From: Glaciecola sp.
GTDB lineage: Bacteria; Pseudomonadota; Gammaproteobacteria; Enterobacterales; Alteromonadaceae
Length of the DNA: 64,000 nt
Assembly: GCA_965660815.1 (NCBI GenBank)
Contig: CBFIBG010000008.1
Span: 11,028-75,027, forward strand
Direction: 5' to 3'
The position numbers were made by a program, and so were the translations under genes. Below, in pieces: positions 30,689 to 40,389 of this stretch. Every line of letters begins with the position of its first letter. Position 1 is the first letter of the stretch. Under the pieces are notes generated by a model. That model was not told the DNA's origin and did no database searches. It saw only the letters and a list, made by a program, of their open reading frames with translations.

Positions 30689-30917
30689 ATAAATAGTCTG
30701 ATCTGCATCAAATAAAGTCTATATGTCACTTTAATGACATAGCCATTTTTAATATATTGGGTTGAACATATTATCCCTGTAAGCAAGTGACCCATTTGGC
30801 TCTTTTTATTTGTTGCGCCTGTGGCCATTGCTTGATCCATTCTTACGGCGTATAAACCCTTAATTTATAAATAGTAAAAATTAATGGGAGTGCGTAAACC
30901 TAAATTAGGTACTCGAA

Positions 30918-31892
30918 ATGACCGATACAACTCTTCCAAAGAAGCAATCCAATACTACTGTGACTCAAACAACGTCGAATCCACCAATCAATGAGACTGA
31001 AAAGAACGTAAATCGCATATCTCAATTGGCAGAGCAGAAAAAAGATCCTAGTTTTATTGCCGAAAGTTTTCGCTCTGGTACGTTTCCCTATAAAACGAAG
31101 ATATCTAAAAAGACCTATGAACTTCATAAAAGAGAGTTGCAAGTAGAGTTACTGAAGGTTCAAAAGTGGGTAAAAGAAACTGGACAAAAAGTCGTAATAC
31201 TATTTGAAGGTCGAGACGCCGCTGGTAAGGGCGGAACCATCAAAAGATTTATGGAACACCTGAATCCTAGAGGGTGCAGAGTAGTTGCGCTTGAAAAACC
31301 CACAGAGACAGAAAAAGGGCAGTGGTACTTCCAAAGATATGTTAAACATTTGCCTACTGAAGGCGAAATAGTGCTGTTTGACCGCTCTTGGTATAACCGA
31401 GCCGGCGTTGAGAGAGTAATGGATTTTTGTGAGCCAAATGACTACTTGGAATTTATGCGGCAAACACCCGAACTAGAAAGGATGTTGGTTCGTTCTGGTA
31501 TAAGATTATTTAAATATTGGTTTTCGGTTACGCCGCAAGAGCAGAAAGCTCGATTTTCCAAAAGGGAGACCGATCCCCTTAAACAATGGAAATTAAGCCC
31601 AATAGATAAAGAGGCCATGCAAAAATGGGATGATTATACCGAGGCTAAAGAAGCCATGTTCTTTTACACGGACACTGCTGATGCACCTTGGATGGTCGTA
31701 AAATCAAACGACAAGAAGCGCGCTAGACTTAATTGTATGCATCATTTTTTGTCGAGTCTGCCTTACCCTAATAAAAATGGGCATCTAATAAGAGGCGCTG
31801 ATCCACTTATCGTTGGTCATGCCTCCAATGTGATCATTAAAGACCGCCACATACTTGGAAAAAGTTTGCACCCAAAGCAGTGTAAGAAGTGA
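30918..31892 (+). CDS. ppk2: polyphosphate kinase 2
   Basis: FEGRDAAGKGG (Walker A), QWYFQRY, FDRSWYNRAGVERV. Single PPK2 domain with an N-terminal extension. Confidence 0.9.
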   Translation: MTDTTLPKKQSNTTVTQTTSNPPINETEKNVNRISQLAEQKKDPSFIAESFRSGTFPYKTKISKKTYELHKRELQVELLKVQKWVKETGQKVVILFEGRDAAGKGGTIKRFMEHLNPRGCRVVALEKPTETEKGQWYFQRYVKHLPTEGEIVLFDRSWYNRAGVERVMDFCEPNDYLEFMRQTPELERMLVRSGIRLFKYWFSVTPQEQKARFSKRETDPLKQWKLSPIDKEAMQKWDDYTEAKEAMFFYTDTADAPWMVVKSNDKKRARLNCMHHFLSSLPYPNKNGHLIRGADPLIVGHASNVIIKDRHILGKSLHPKQCKK

Positions 31893-31992
31893 TGAATTTT
31901 TAAGTGGCGGCCATATATAAGGCAATGCTCAATGGCGTTATGCCCAGTAACCTATTAAGCGTTTGAGCGATGTTTATCATTATTTAACTAAA

Positions 31993-32029
31993 AAAGGTGA
32001 ACTTATCTTGGAGTATAAAGTTCACCTTT
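31993..32029. terminator. Bidirectional intrinsic terminator (serves ssrA and ppk2)
   Basis: AAAGGTGAAC-17 nt-GTTCACCTTT with A-run and T-run flanks. Ends 7 nt from the tmRNA CCA end. Confidence 0.8.
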
Positions 32030-32035
32030 TTAAAT

Positions 32036-32402
32036 TGGTGGAGCTGGGGAGAATCGAACTCCCGTCCAGAAAGCGTCAACCATTGGTCCTACATGCTTAG
32101 TTTGTCTTTATTCTCGGCATTAGGCTGCGGACAAACACGCTACCTAATGACATACCTGAATTAATTTTAGTGCTTCAACTCTCAGGCGGGAGCATCCACA
32201 CGAGCCTTTTTGGGTTTGACTCCTCGTGATCCCCGTCTTAAAGGCGGAAGCTAGGGCGAGAAGGCTCTGAGCAGGGTATTAAGCTGCTAGTGCGTAGTTT
32301 TCGTCGTTTGCGACTATTTTTTTGCGGCTTTTTAAAGAGGCAAACCGCACCTCTGCATGCACCTCAAGCATCATTGAATCCTGTCGAATCCAGAGCAGCC
32401 CC
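32036..32402 (-). ncRNA. ssrA: tmRNA (SsrA)
   Basis: Reverse complement starts GGGGCTGCTCTGGATTCGACAGG and ends GGACGGGAGTTCGATTCTCCCCAGCTCCACCA. The tag reading frame at 32311-32279 reads GCAAACGACGAAAACTACGCACTAGCAGCTTAA = ANDENYALAA*. Confidence 0.95.
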
Positions 32403-32623
32403 GAGATATCTGATAATATTAACACATCTTTGCAAACTTGTATATTTGAGCGAAATCAAAATTTTATAATTATGCTGTTGTAATTTCATTTAAAAAAACT
32501 ATAGTTTCAGACGTGCTTTGAAATTCTGCAAATAATGCAAAAGTTAACATTGGATTTCTGCTTTACTTATATTTTTTTACCATATGAAGAAAGCCTCTAC
32601 TAAGAAAATAATAATTACCTGAA

Positions 32624-33025
32624 ATGAAATTGTCGTCTGTGTTTTACTACTGCTTAGGGTTGTTGCTATTTATTAATAGTAATCTTTCATTGCAGTATCA
32701 AAATAACCAATTTTCTAATGCCAATGCCAACCTTAATGAAGACACTTTGCTTATATGTACTGGCAGAGAGTCAATATTAATATCCAGTTATGAGTATTTT
32801 ACAAACAATAAAATTGTCAAAGTAGAGCAACTAGGAGATAACTCAACGACAAACTACTGCCCTATCGATACAGCAATAGAGCCCTCGAAATTTGAGACTT
32901 CTTATCTAAAGGTCGTTCAGTTTACTCGAGGCACTTTTACCTTATTTTCAGAAAAACTTTTAGTTCTATTAAATCAATTAGCGCCTGTTAACCAAAAGCT
33001 AACGCGTGCCCCTCCGTTTTCATAA
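32624..33025 (+). CDS. small secreted protein, possibly DUF2946-like partner of the downstream receptor
   Basis: Signal-like N-terminus. Has LLICTG, YCP and a C-terminal TRAPPFS, which resembles my recollection of the DUF2946 layout. Lies 87 nt upstream of the receptor on the same strand. Confidence 0.5.
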   Translation: MKLSSVFYYCLGLLLFINSNLSLQYQNNQFSNANANLNEDTLLICTGRESILISSYEYFTNNKIVKVEQLGDNSTTNYCPIDTAIEPSKFETSYLKVVQFTRGTFTLFSEKLLVLLNQLAPVNQKLTRAPPFS

Positions 33026-33112
33026 ACACCTAAATATTATGTTCGTTTTTACCCCCTAAGTGTTCATTTAGGTGGTAACTGTATTTTATGCACACAATTT
33101 ATATGGATTTTT

Positions 33113-35248
33113 ATGAAACACAAACTTTCACTATTAAGCTTAGCGTCGCTAAGCTGTTTCTCTGGCCATACCTTTGCAACCATTCAGGGTAACGAAGTGG
33201 CCACTTCTCTGCCTGTGTTGATGGCGGCATCACTTGATATAGAAACCATCCAAGTAAAAGGGCAAATCAACTCCCTTATTTTATCTGAAGACATTGATTT
33301 AACTGCCTCAAGCTCGCCTGATATGAGAAAGCAACTCGGCTTGCTCCCAGGAGTAGATATCAATAGTAATGGCATGGTCACGGGGATTATTCAATATAGA
33401 GGCTTATTTTCTGACCGAGTAAGAGTCAGTATAGATGACATGCTCATCGCTGGTGCAGGTCCAAACTCAATGGACAGCCCACTTTCACAGGTTACAGGCA
33501 CGCAGGGACAAACAATTACCGTATACACAGGCATAGCGCCAGTAAGCTCAGGCGCTGAAACGCTAGGCGGGGCAATAGACATAAGTGATGTTCCAATTAG
33601 TTTTACTAATAAATCTGAATTTAGTTTTGAGAATTTTGCGTCTATTGGATGGTTTAATAATGACGGTGAGTCAATCAACGCAAAAATACAGGGAGTGAAT
33701 AAAAACAGGTACATTAGCCTAAGTATGGACTACCAGTCAGCTGACAACTATGAAGCTGGTAATTCAATTTTAATTCCCTCGACCTTTTATGATAGATATT
33801 CAGTCAAGCTAAAAGGAGGATACAAAACTGGTAAACACTATTTTAACGCTTCGGCGGCGTTAAGAAATACAAATGAATCGGGCACACCTACGTTGGCAAT
33901 GGATATTAATTATATCGATTCGTATGTTGCGCAGTTTAACTATGAATTTGAAATTAATGACAACTGGTCTCTCTCCACTAAATTGTTTGGTAATAATAAT
34001 TATCACGATATGGATAATCACTCTTTACGGGCTAATATAAATCCTCAAATTCATCGACTTAATTCGGTAGACAGTCAGGGTAGGGGGTTGGACATCGTAC
34101 TTACAAATGACCGAGACTCTGTAATTTCTGAGTTTGGATTAAATGCGGAATCACGCGTTCATAATTCGTATATATCCAACCCAAACAGTTCAACGTTTTT
34201 CATTGATAATTTTAATGAAGTAGAACGTCAGTTATCGTCTTTATATGCTCAACTAACAAGCTCAAGAGCACAAACATTAGCAGGATTTATAGATTCTTGG
34301 GAATTAGGCGCAAGATTGAGTAATGTTCATGCTAATGCTGACGAAATTGGCACTAACATGTCCATGATGAACCCAAACGTAAGGACGTTAACCCAAACAT
34401 TTAATTCATCCGATAGAAAACGTAATTTTACTCTAATTGACGCGGTTGCTAAGTTTGGTGTCAATATTTCAGAAGGATTTAGCGTTCAAGTGTCGGCTGG
34501 AATAAAAGAAAAAGCCCCTAGTTATCAGCAACTATATTCATGGTTTCCATTGGGAGTATCTGCGGGATTGGCAGATGGTAGGAATTACATCGGAAATCTT
34601 GGTCTCACCCACGAAACAGCAAATAAAATAGACATTAGTGCGTACATTAAAGGGGAAAATTGGATAATAATCCCCAGTCTTTATTACTCAGATATCGATA
34701 ACTACATTATTGGCATGCCATCTGATAACCAAGCGGCAAATATGATTGCAGAGATGCAACAAGTTCAGGCTCCATTAAGGTGGGAAAACCAGGATGCGAC
34801 TCTTGCTGGGTTTGATTTAACTTATAAACATGAGTTTACAGATAGGTTCAATCTAAAAGTGGTCTCTCAATACGTTAGGGGTAAACAAACGGGCGAAATT
34901 GAACAAGATCTATATCGTCTGGCACCATTTACGTCGTCGATTACCTTGAATTATCAATTAGATAATTTCGAATTTAACTTAATTTCAAAATTGGTATCCG
35001 CTCAAAATAAAGTGGCTAGCACACAAAACGAAACGCCAACGCCAGGTTATGGTGTATTGGATTTATATACAAGTTATGAATTTAATCGCCATATAACCGC
35101 AACTTTTATAGTCGAAAATATATTAGACAAGACTTATGCTAATCATTTGTCAGGCTTGAATAGAGTTAAAGGTAGTCAATTTCCTACAGGGGATAAATTA
35201 TTAAGTGCGGGTAGAAATGTCGGTGCTTATTTGACCTATGTATTCTAG
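33113..35248 (+). CDS. TonB-dependent receptor, OprC/NosA (copper receptor)-like
   Basis: Signal peptide ...GHTFA. Plug segment YRGLFSDRVRVSIDDMLIAGAGPNSMDSP resembles the copper-receptor ...GGCPNRMDPP. HDM at residues 298-300. C-terminal GAYLTYVF. Confidence 0.85.
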   Translation: MKHKLSLLSLASLSCFSGHTFATIQGNEVATSLPVLMAASLDIETIQVKGQINSLILSEDIDLTASSSPDMRKQLGLLPGVDINSNGMVTGIIQYRGLFSDRVRVSIDDMLIAGAGPNSMDSPLSQVTGTQGQTITVYTGIAPVSSGAETLGGAIDISDVPISFTNKSEFSFENFASIGWFNNDGESINAKIQGVNKNRYISLSMDYQSADNYEAGNSILIPSTFYDRYSVKLKGGYKTGKHYFNASAALRNTNESGTPTLAMDINYIDSYVAQFNYEFEINDNWSLSTKLFGNNNYHDMDNHSLRANINPQIHRLNSVDSQGRGLDIVLTNDRDSVISEFGLNAESRVHNSYISNPNSSTFFIDNFNEVERQLSSLYAQLTSSRAQTLAGFIDSWELGARLSNVHANADEIGTNMSMMNPNVRTLTQTFNSSDRKRNFTLIDAVAKFGVNISEGFSVQVSAGIKEKAPSYQQLYSWFPLGVSAGLADGRNYIGNLGLTHETANKIDISAYIKGENWIIIPSLYYSDIDNYIIGMPSDNQAANMIAEMQQVQAPLRWENQDATLAGFDLTYKHEFTDRFNLKVVSQYVRGKQTGEIEQDLYRLAPFTSSITLNYQLDNFEFNLISKLVSAQNKVASTQNETPTPGYGVLDLYTSYEFNRHITATFIVENILDKTYANHLSGLNRVKGSQFPTGDKLLSAGRNVGAYLTYVF

Positions 35249-35261
35249 AATTTGAGTATCC

Positions 35262-35284
35262 GCTAGGCCCTTTGTAGGCCTAGC
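35262..35284. other. 8-bp GC hairpin between convergent receptor gene and smpB
   Basis: GCTAGGCC-7 nt-GGCCTAGC. No T-run on either side. Confidence 0.35.
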
Positions 35285-35313
35285 ATGCTCTGGCTATGAA
35301 AACATGTATTTGG

Positions 35314-35781
35314 TCACGCATGTTTCATTATTCTTTCTTTCTGTCGATTCCAGTCGCGATCTTTAATGCTATCGCGCTTGTCGTGAGCCTGCTTTCCTTT
35401 TGCTAAATAGATCTCTAATTTTACCCAGCAAGCTTTCCAGTACATTGCCGTGGCGACTATGGTAAGCCCTTGACGATCTAACCCTCCCATTAACTCTTCG
35501 ATTTCTCGCTTTTTTAGCAATAGTTTACGTGTGCGAGTAGGGTCACAAATTACATGAGAAGATGCTTGAGTCAGTGCCTGTATGGTAATATTCGTTACGA
35601 AAGCCTCCCCATTTTTCACATAGACATAAGCATCGGAAATATTGACTTTCCCAGCACGAATGCTTTTTACTTCCCAACCTTGTAATTGAACGCCAGCTTC
35701 AAATTTACTTTTTAAAAGGTATTCATGGCGCGCTTTTTTGTTTAGCGCGATTGTTGTTGAATTTTGTTTTTTCTTTTTCAT
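35314..35781 (-). CDS. smpB: SsrA-binding protein
   Basis: [21 protein letters not shown]...[13 protein letters not shown]...[11 protein letters not shown] aligns with E. coli SmpB. Confidence 0.95.
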   Translation of the reverse strand: MKKKKQNSTTIALNKKARHEYLLKSKFEAGVQLQGWEVKSIRAGKVNISDAYVYVKNGEAFVTNITIQALTQASSHVICDPTRTRKLLLKKREIEELMGGLDRQGLTIVATAMYWKACWVKLEIYLAKGKQAHDKRDSIKDRDWNRQKERIMKHA

Positions 35782-36023
35782 ACTCGGATTATACACCTTA
35801 AGCGGCTAGAATTAATACGAAAAGTGATGAATAGCAATTTGTTGAGTGAAAAGTAATCAAATATCTCATTAGCTATCATACACCCTAGCAATTTTAAGCT
35901 ATTCGTCTAAAACATTGAAATTTCGATAATCGCCTTCATCTTTTTTTGTGATAATATTCTAAAGCCATGGTCTAATAATAGTCATTGAGTCAATTGCTCA
36001 GAAAAAGGAACAAATATTTAATT

Positions 36024-36455
36024 ATGCCTTCAGTTAATAAGCATGCGTTAGTGCCGTATAGCGCAGAGCAAATGTTCGATCTAGTTAACGATGTTAGTAA
36101 ATATCAAGAATTTTTGCCAGGCTGCAAACGCAGCGATGTATTGAAAGAATCTGAAGATTTTATGCAGGCAAAAATGGTACTTGCAAAAGCAGGTATTGAG
36201 CAGACTCTGGTCACACAAAATAAGCTTATTCGCGGGAAAAGCATTGAAATGGGACTTGCAGATGGGCCCTTTAAATCTCTTTCAGGAGGATGGACGTTTA
36301 CGCCGTTATCGGATAATGCTTGTAAAATAGAATTAAACTTGCATTTTAAATTTGCAAGTAAATTGGTGGATATTGCTTTTGGTAAGGTTTTCAGAGGGCT
36401 AACCAACAATATGGTAAACGCATTTAGCCAACGAGCAAAACAGGTATACGGTTAA
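36024..36455 (+). CDS. ratA: RatA/YfjG family SRPBCC (START-like) protein
   Basis: [27 protein letters not shown]...GGWTFTPL closely matches E. coli RatA. Divergent from smpB as in E. coli. Confidence 0.85.
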   Translation: MPSVNKHALVPYSAEQMFDLVNDVSKYQEFLPGCKRSDVLKESEDFMQAKMVLAKAGIEQTLVTQNKLIRGKSIEMGLADGPFKSLSGGWTFTPLSDNACKIELNLHFKFASKLVDIAFGKVFRGLTNNMVNAFSQRAKQVYG

Positions 36456-36781
36456 TGAAAGACGCTATCTCCATTGAAGTGACTTATGCTCTCCCTAACA
36501 AACAAACATTATTGAGCATTTCTGTGTCTAAAGGAACCACCGTTGAGCAGGCGATCGAGCAATCTGGTATTTTAGATATACACAGCGACATCAACTTAGA
36601 ATTGAACAAAGTGGGTATTTGGTACAAAACAACTAAGTTAAGTACCGTACTAAATAATGGCGATAGAGTGGAAATATACAGGCCACTAATCGCAGATCCA
36701 AAAGAAATACGTAAGCGCAGAGCAGAACAAGCAAAACAATCGGGGCGAGTGAACAAAATCACTGGGGCCAAGCTCAATTAA
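36455..36781 (+). CDS. rnfH: RnfH family ubiquitin-like protein (YfjF/RatB)
   Basis: [13 protein letters not shown]...[23 protein letters not shown]. Start overlaps the ratA stop. Confidence 0.85.
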   Translation: MKDAISIEVTYALPNKQTLLSISVSKGTTVEQAIEQSGILDIHSDINLELNKVGIWYKTTKLSTVLNNGDRVEIYRPLIADPKEIRKRRAEQAKQSGRVNKITGAKLN

Positions 36782-37590
36782 TATTTCTTTCGTTTAAGAC
36801 CCGTGTTGGCCAGTATTTTCGCTGATATTTCTTCTACCGAATACTTAGTACTGTTTAAAAAAGGTATTTTTTCTTTCCTGTATAAGTTTTCTACTTCTCT
36901 CAATTCCATTCTGCACTGCGGCATAGAAGCGTACCGACTGTTTGCACGTCGCTCAGAGCGAATAGCGTGAAGTCGTTGTGCACTTATCGTCAAACCAAAT
37001 AGCTTCTGCTTGAATCTGCGAAGAATAGGAGGCAGTTTTAAAATATCTCCCATGTCTTCTTCAGTAAAAGGATAATTTGCGGCTTTTATACCATACTGCA
37101 ATGCTAAGTAGAGACTAGTGGGTGTTTTCCCTGAACGAGATACTCCGACCAATATAATGTCTGCTTCTTCATAATCTTTGAGATTTGAGCCATCATCATT
37201 GGCCAGTGCATAGTTTACCGCTTCAATTCGAATGTCGTAGGTTTTTTCGTGCATAGAATGGGTGCGGTGTTTTTGAGGCTTGGTAGGGATACCTATCACT
37301 TTTTCTAGCGGTGCGACGAACTGATCTAGAAAATTATAGTTAATGCCTGGCGAACTACTGATAATACGACCAATGTCTGCGTTTACCATTGTGTAAAAAA
37401 CAAGCGGTCGTTCACCCTTTTTTTCGTAGGCGACTTTTATTTGAGCCAATACCTCTCTGGCATGTTGTTCGGTTTCAACAAAAGGTATGGTGATATGTTC
37501 AAATTCAATTGGGAATAAAGATAGCAATGCATGGCCAAACACTTCTGATGTAATGGCTGTGCCGTCTGATATATAAAATGCTGTACGCAC
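36778..37590 (-). CDS. ppsR: PEP synthase regulatory protein (pyruvate, water dikinase kinase/phosphorylase)
   Basis: [64 protein letters not shown] match E. coli YdiA/PpsR. Divergent from ppsA. Confidence 0.92.
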   Translation of the reverse strand: MRTAFYISDGTAITSEVFGHALLSLFPIEFEHITIPFVETEQHAREVLAQIKVAYEKKGERPLVFYTMVNADIGRIISSSPGINYNFLDQFVAPLEKVIGIPTKPQKHRTHSMHEKTYDIRIEAVNYALANDDGSNLKDYEEADIILVGVSRSGKTPTSLYLALQYGIKAANYPFTEEDMGDILKLPPILRRFKQKLFGLTISAQRLHAIRSERRANSRYASMPQCRMELREVENLYRKEKIPFLNSTKYSVEEISAKILANTGLKRKKY

Positions 37591-37791
37591 AACATCTCCT
37601 TAACAATGTCGTAATTTTATTACGAAAAAAAATAAATTTTACTTTGTATAGATAGCGCAATTACAATTTGCGAGTGCTAACGCTAGCACGTTTATTTATT
37701 TTGTAATAGTGATTGTAAGCGAACTCCTATATTGTCGCTGAAATCTTATTGTTTTTAGTCTGTTAGACTAGGTTTGCTGGAGGCTCCAACA

Positions 37792-40164
37792 GTGCAAGAA
37801 TACGTTCTTTGGTATCAAGATTTAGGTATGGATGATGTAAATCGTGTAGGGGGCAAAAATGCCTCTCTTGGCGAGATGATATCAAATTTATCCAATGCTG
37901 GTGTGCAGGTGCCGGGTGGTTTTGCAACTACTGCATATGCGTTTAATCAATTTTTAGAAAAAAGTGGTGTCGAAGCAAAAATTTATGAATTATTGGATTC
38001 ATTGGACGTCGACAACGTAACTGCTCTTGCTCAAGCGGGCGCGCAAATCAGACAGTGGATTTTAGATACGCCATTTCAAACCGAGCTAGAAGATGCCATT
38101 AAGGAAGCTTTTAACACATTGGTTGCTGGCGCTGGAGATGGGGCTTCTTTTGCTGTGCGCTCTTCGGCTACGGCAGAAGATATGCCTGATGCTTCATTTG
38201 CAGGGCAGCAAGAAACCTTTTTGAATGTTAAGGGCTACGATTCTGTTTTAGTAGCTATCAAACACGTATTTGCTTCGCTATTTAACGATCGAGCGATTTC
38301 TTATCGCGTTCACCAAGGTTACGACCACAAAGGCGTAGCATTATCAGCTGGTATTCAAAGAATGGTAAGAAGTGATTTATCGGCGTCTGGCGTCATGTTC
38401 AGTATCGATACTGAGTCAGGATTCGAAGACGTAGTTTTTATCACAAGTTCTTACGGTTTGGGTGAAATGGTCGTTCAGGGTGCGGTTAATCCTGATGAAT
38501 TTTATGTTCACAAACCCACTCTAGAAAATGATAAACCTGCAGTATTGCGTCGCAACATTGGTTCTAAATTGACCAAGATGATTTATTCAGACGATACTTC
38601 GCACGGCAAACAAGTAGAAATAGTTGATATCGATAGAGCGGATAGCATGCAGTTTTCTCTGACTGATGACGAGGTAATGGAGCTGGCTAAACAAGCTATG
38701 ACCATTGAGAAGCATTATAATCGCCCTATGGACATTGAGTGGGCAAAAGACGGCACTGACGGCAAGCTTTACATCGTACAAGCTCGTCCAGAGACAGTGC
38801 GAAGCCGAGAAGATATGCAAGTAATTGAGCGCTTCCAGTTAAATGGGAATGCTAAATTAGTGTGTGATGGCAGAGCAATTGGTCATAAAATTGGAGCAGG
38901 TAAGGCAAAAGTCTTAGCGTCTATAGAAGAAATGGACAAAATAGAAACTGGAGACGTGTTGGTCACTGATATGACCGACCCCGACTGGGAACCGATCATG
39001 AAAAAGGCGTCTGCAATTGTGACTAACCGCGGTGGAAGAACTTGCCACGCGGCCATTATTGCTCGCGAAATGGGCATTCCAGCTGTAGTGGGTTGTGGTG
39101 ACGCAACCGATTTAATTAAAACAGGAGACGAAGTGACAGTTTCGTGTGCTGAAGGCGACACAGGATATATTTATGGAGAAGTACTCGATTTTGAAGTGAC
39201 TACATCCAGAATTGATTCAATGCCTGATCTTCCCCTTAAAATAATGATGAACGTCGGTAACCCAGATCGCGCGTTCGATTTTGCACGTTTACCTCACGAG
39301 GGCGTTGGTTTAGCTCGGTTGGAGTTTATTATCAATCGTATGATAGGCGTGCATCCAAAGGCGCTGTTAAATTATGAGGACCAACCTGAAGACGTTAAAG
39401 AAGAAATTAACGACATGATTGCAGGTTACGATTCACCAGTTGAGTATTATATTCAAAAATTGGTTGAAGGTATTGCGTCAATTGGGGCAGCGTTTTCGCC
39501 TAAAAAAGTCATTGTTCGAATGTCAGATTTTAAATCGAACGAATATTTTAACTTAGTTGGCGGATATCAATACGAGCCAGATGAAGAAAATCCAATGCTA
39601 GGCTTTAGAGGCGCGAGTCGCTATATTTCTGAAAGTTTTAGAGACTGTTTTGCGCTGGAGTGCGAAGCCATTAAGCGCGTCAGAAACGACATGGGGTTAA
39701 CTAATGTTGAAATTATGATCCCATTCGTAAGGACGTTAGAAGAGGGCCGCCAGGTTATTGAATTGCTTGAAGAGCAAGGCTTGAAAAAAGGCGAGAATGG
39801 TTTACGAGTCATCATGATGTGTGAATTGCCATCAAATGCTTTGTTAGCAGACCAATTCTTGGATATTTTCGACGGGTTTTCAATTGGCTCTAATGATTTA
39901 ACGCAGTTAACTCTAGGTTTAGATCGAGATTCCGGACTAATTGCTCACTTGTTTGATGAGCGAAATGAAGCCGTTAAAGCCATGCTAGCCATGGCAATTC
40001 AAGCGGCTAAAAAGCGAGGTAAATACGTAGGCATTTGTGGTCAAGGCCCATCAGATCATGAAGACTTTGCGGCTTGGCTGGTAGAGCAGGGCATCGACAG
40101 CGTATCATTGAATCCCGATACCGTGGTAGAAACTTGGATGTACCTTGCTGAGAAGCATGCATAG
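37792..40164 (+). CDS. ppsA: phosphoenolpyruvate synthase
   Basis: [25 protein letters not shown]. Phospho-His loop [24 protein letters not shown] at 37792 lies 8 nt after GGAGG (the ORF track starts at a TTG at 37774). Confidence 0.97.
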   Translation: MQEYVLWYQDLGMDDVNRVGGKNASLGEMISNLSNAGVQVPGGFATTAYAFNQFLEKSGVEAKIYELLDSLDVDNVTALAQAGAQIRQWILDTPFQTELEDAIKEAFNTLVAGAGDGASFAVRSSATAEDMPDASFAGQQETFLNVKGYDSVLVAIKHVFASLFNDRAISYRVHQGYDHKGVALSAGIQRMVRSDLSASGVMFSIDTESGFEDVVFITSSYGLGEMVVQGAVNPDEFYVHKPTLENDKPAVLRRNIGSKLTKMIYSDDTSHGKQVEIVDIDRADSMQFSLTDDEVMELAKQAMTIEKHYNRPMDIEWAKDGTDGKLYIVQARPETVRSREDMQVIERFQLNGNAKLVCDGRAIGHKIGAGKAKVLASIEEMDKIETGDVLVTDMTDPDWEPIMKKASAIVTNRGGRTCHAAIIAREMGIPAVVGCGDATDLIKTGDEVTVSCAEGDTGYIYGEVLDFEVTTSRIDSMPDLPLKIMMNVGNPDRAFDFARLPHEGVGLARLEFIINRMIGVHPKALLNYEDQPEDVKEEINDMIAGYDSPVEYYIQKLVEGIASIGAAFSPKKVIVRMSDFKSNEYFNLVGGYQYEPDEENPMLGFRGASRYISESFRDCFALECEAIKRVRNDMGLTNVEIMIPFVRTLEEGRQVIELLEEQGLKKGENGLRVIMMCELPSNALLADQFLDIFDGFSIGSNDLTQLTLGLDRDSGLIAHLFDERNEAVKAMLAMAIQAAKKRGKYVGICGQGPSDHEDFAAWLVEQGIDSVSLNPDTVVETWMYLAEKHA

Positions 40165-40192
40165 CTAATATCAATCACCATTTAGTTATACA

Positions 40193-40221
40193 AACGCTCA
40201 ACCAAGGTTGGGCGTTTTTTT
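40193..40221 (+). terminator. Intrinsic terminator after ppsA
   Basis: AACGCTCAAC-CAAG-GTTGGGCGTT (one G-U pair) followed by a T-run. Confidence 0.75.
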
Positions 40222-40389
40222 GGGAGATTGAAGTCTAACCTTAATATGATAATTACTGATTGAGAATCGAGCATGGGAAAATCGACATATGTTTACGCCT
40301 TTTCGATTAAAATCAGCTGCTAAATTATAATTGCTCTAGAGTAGAGCTTTTACAGTAGGTATACTAACTGGCCTAACTAAAGGAGCCTA

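Noticed and set aside
27202-32036. Genomic island integrated at the 3' end of ssrA
   Set aside because: I saw no integrase, excisionase, transposase or second copy of the ssrA 3' terminal sequence. It is kept only as a synteny observation.
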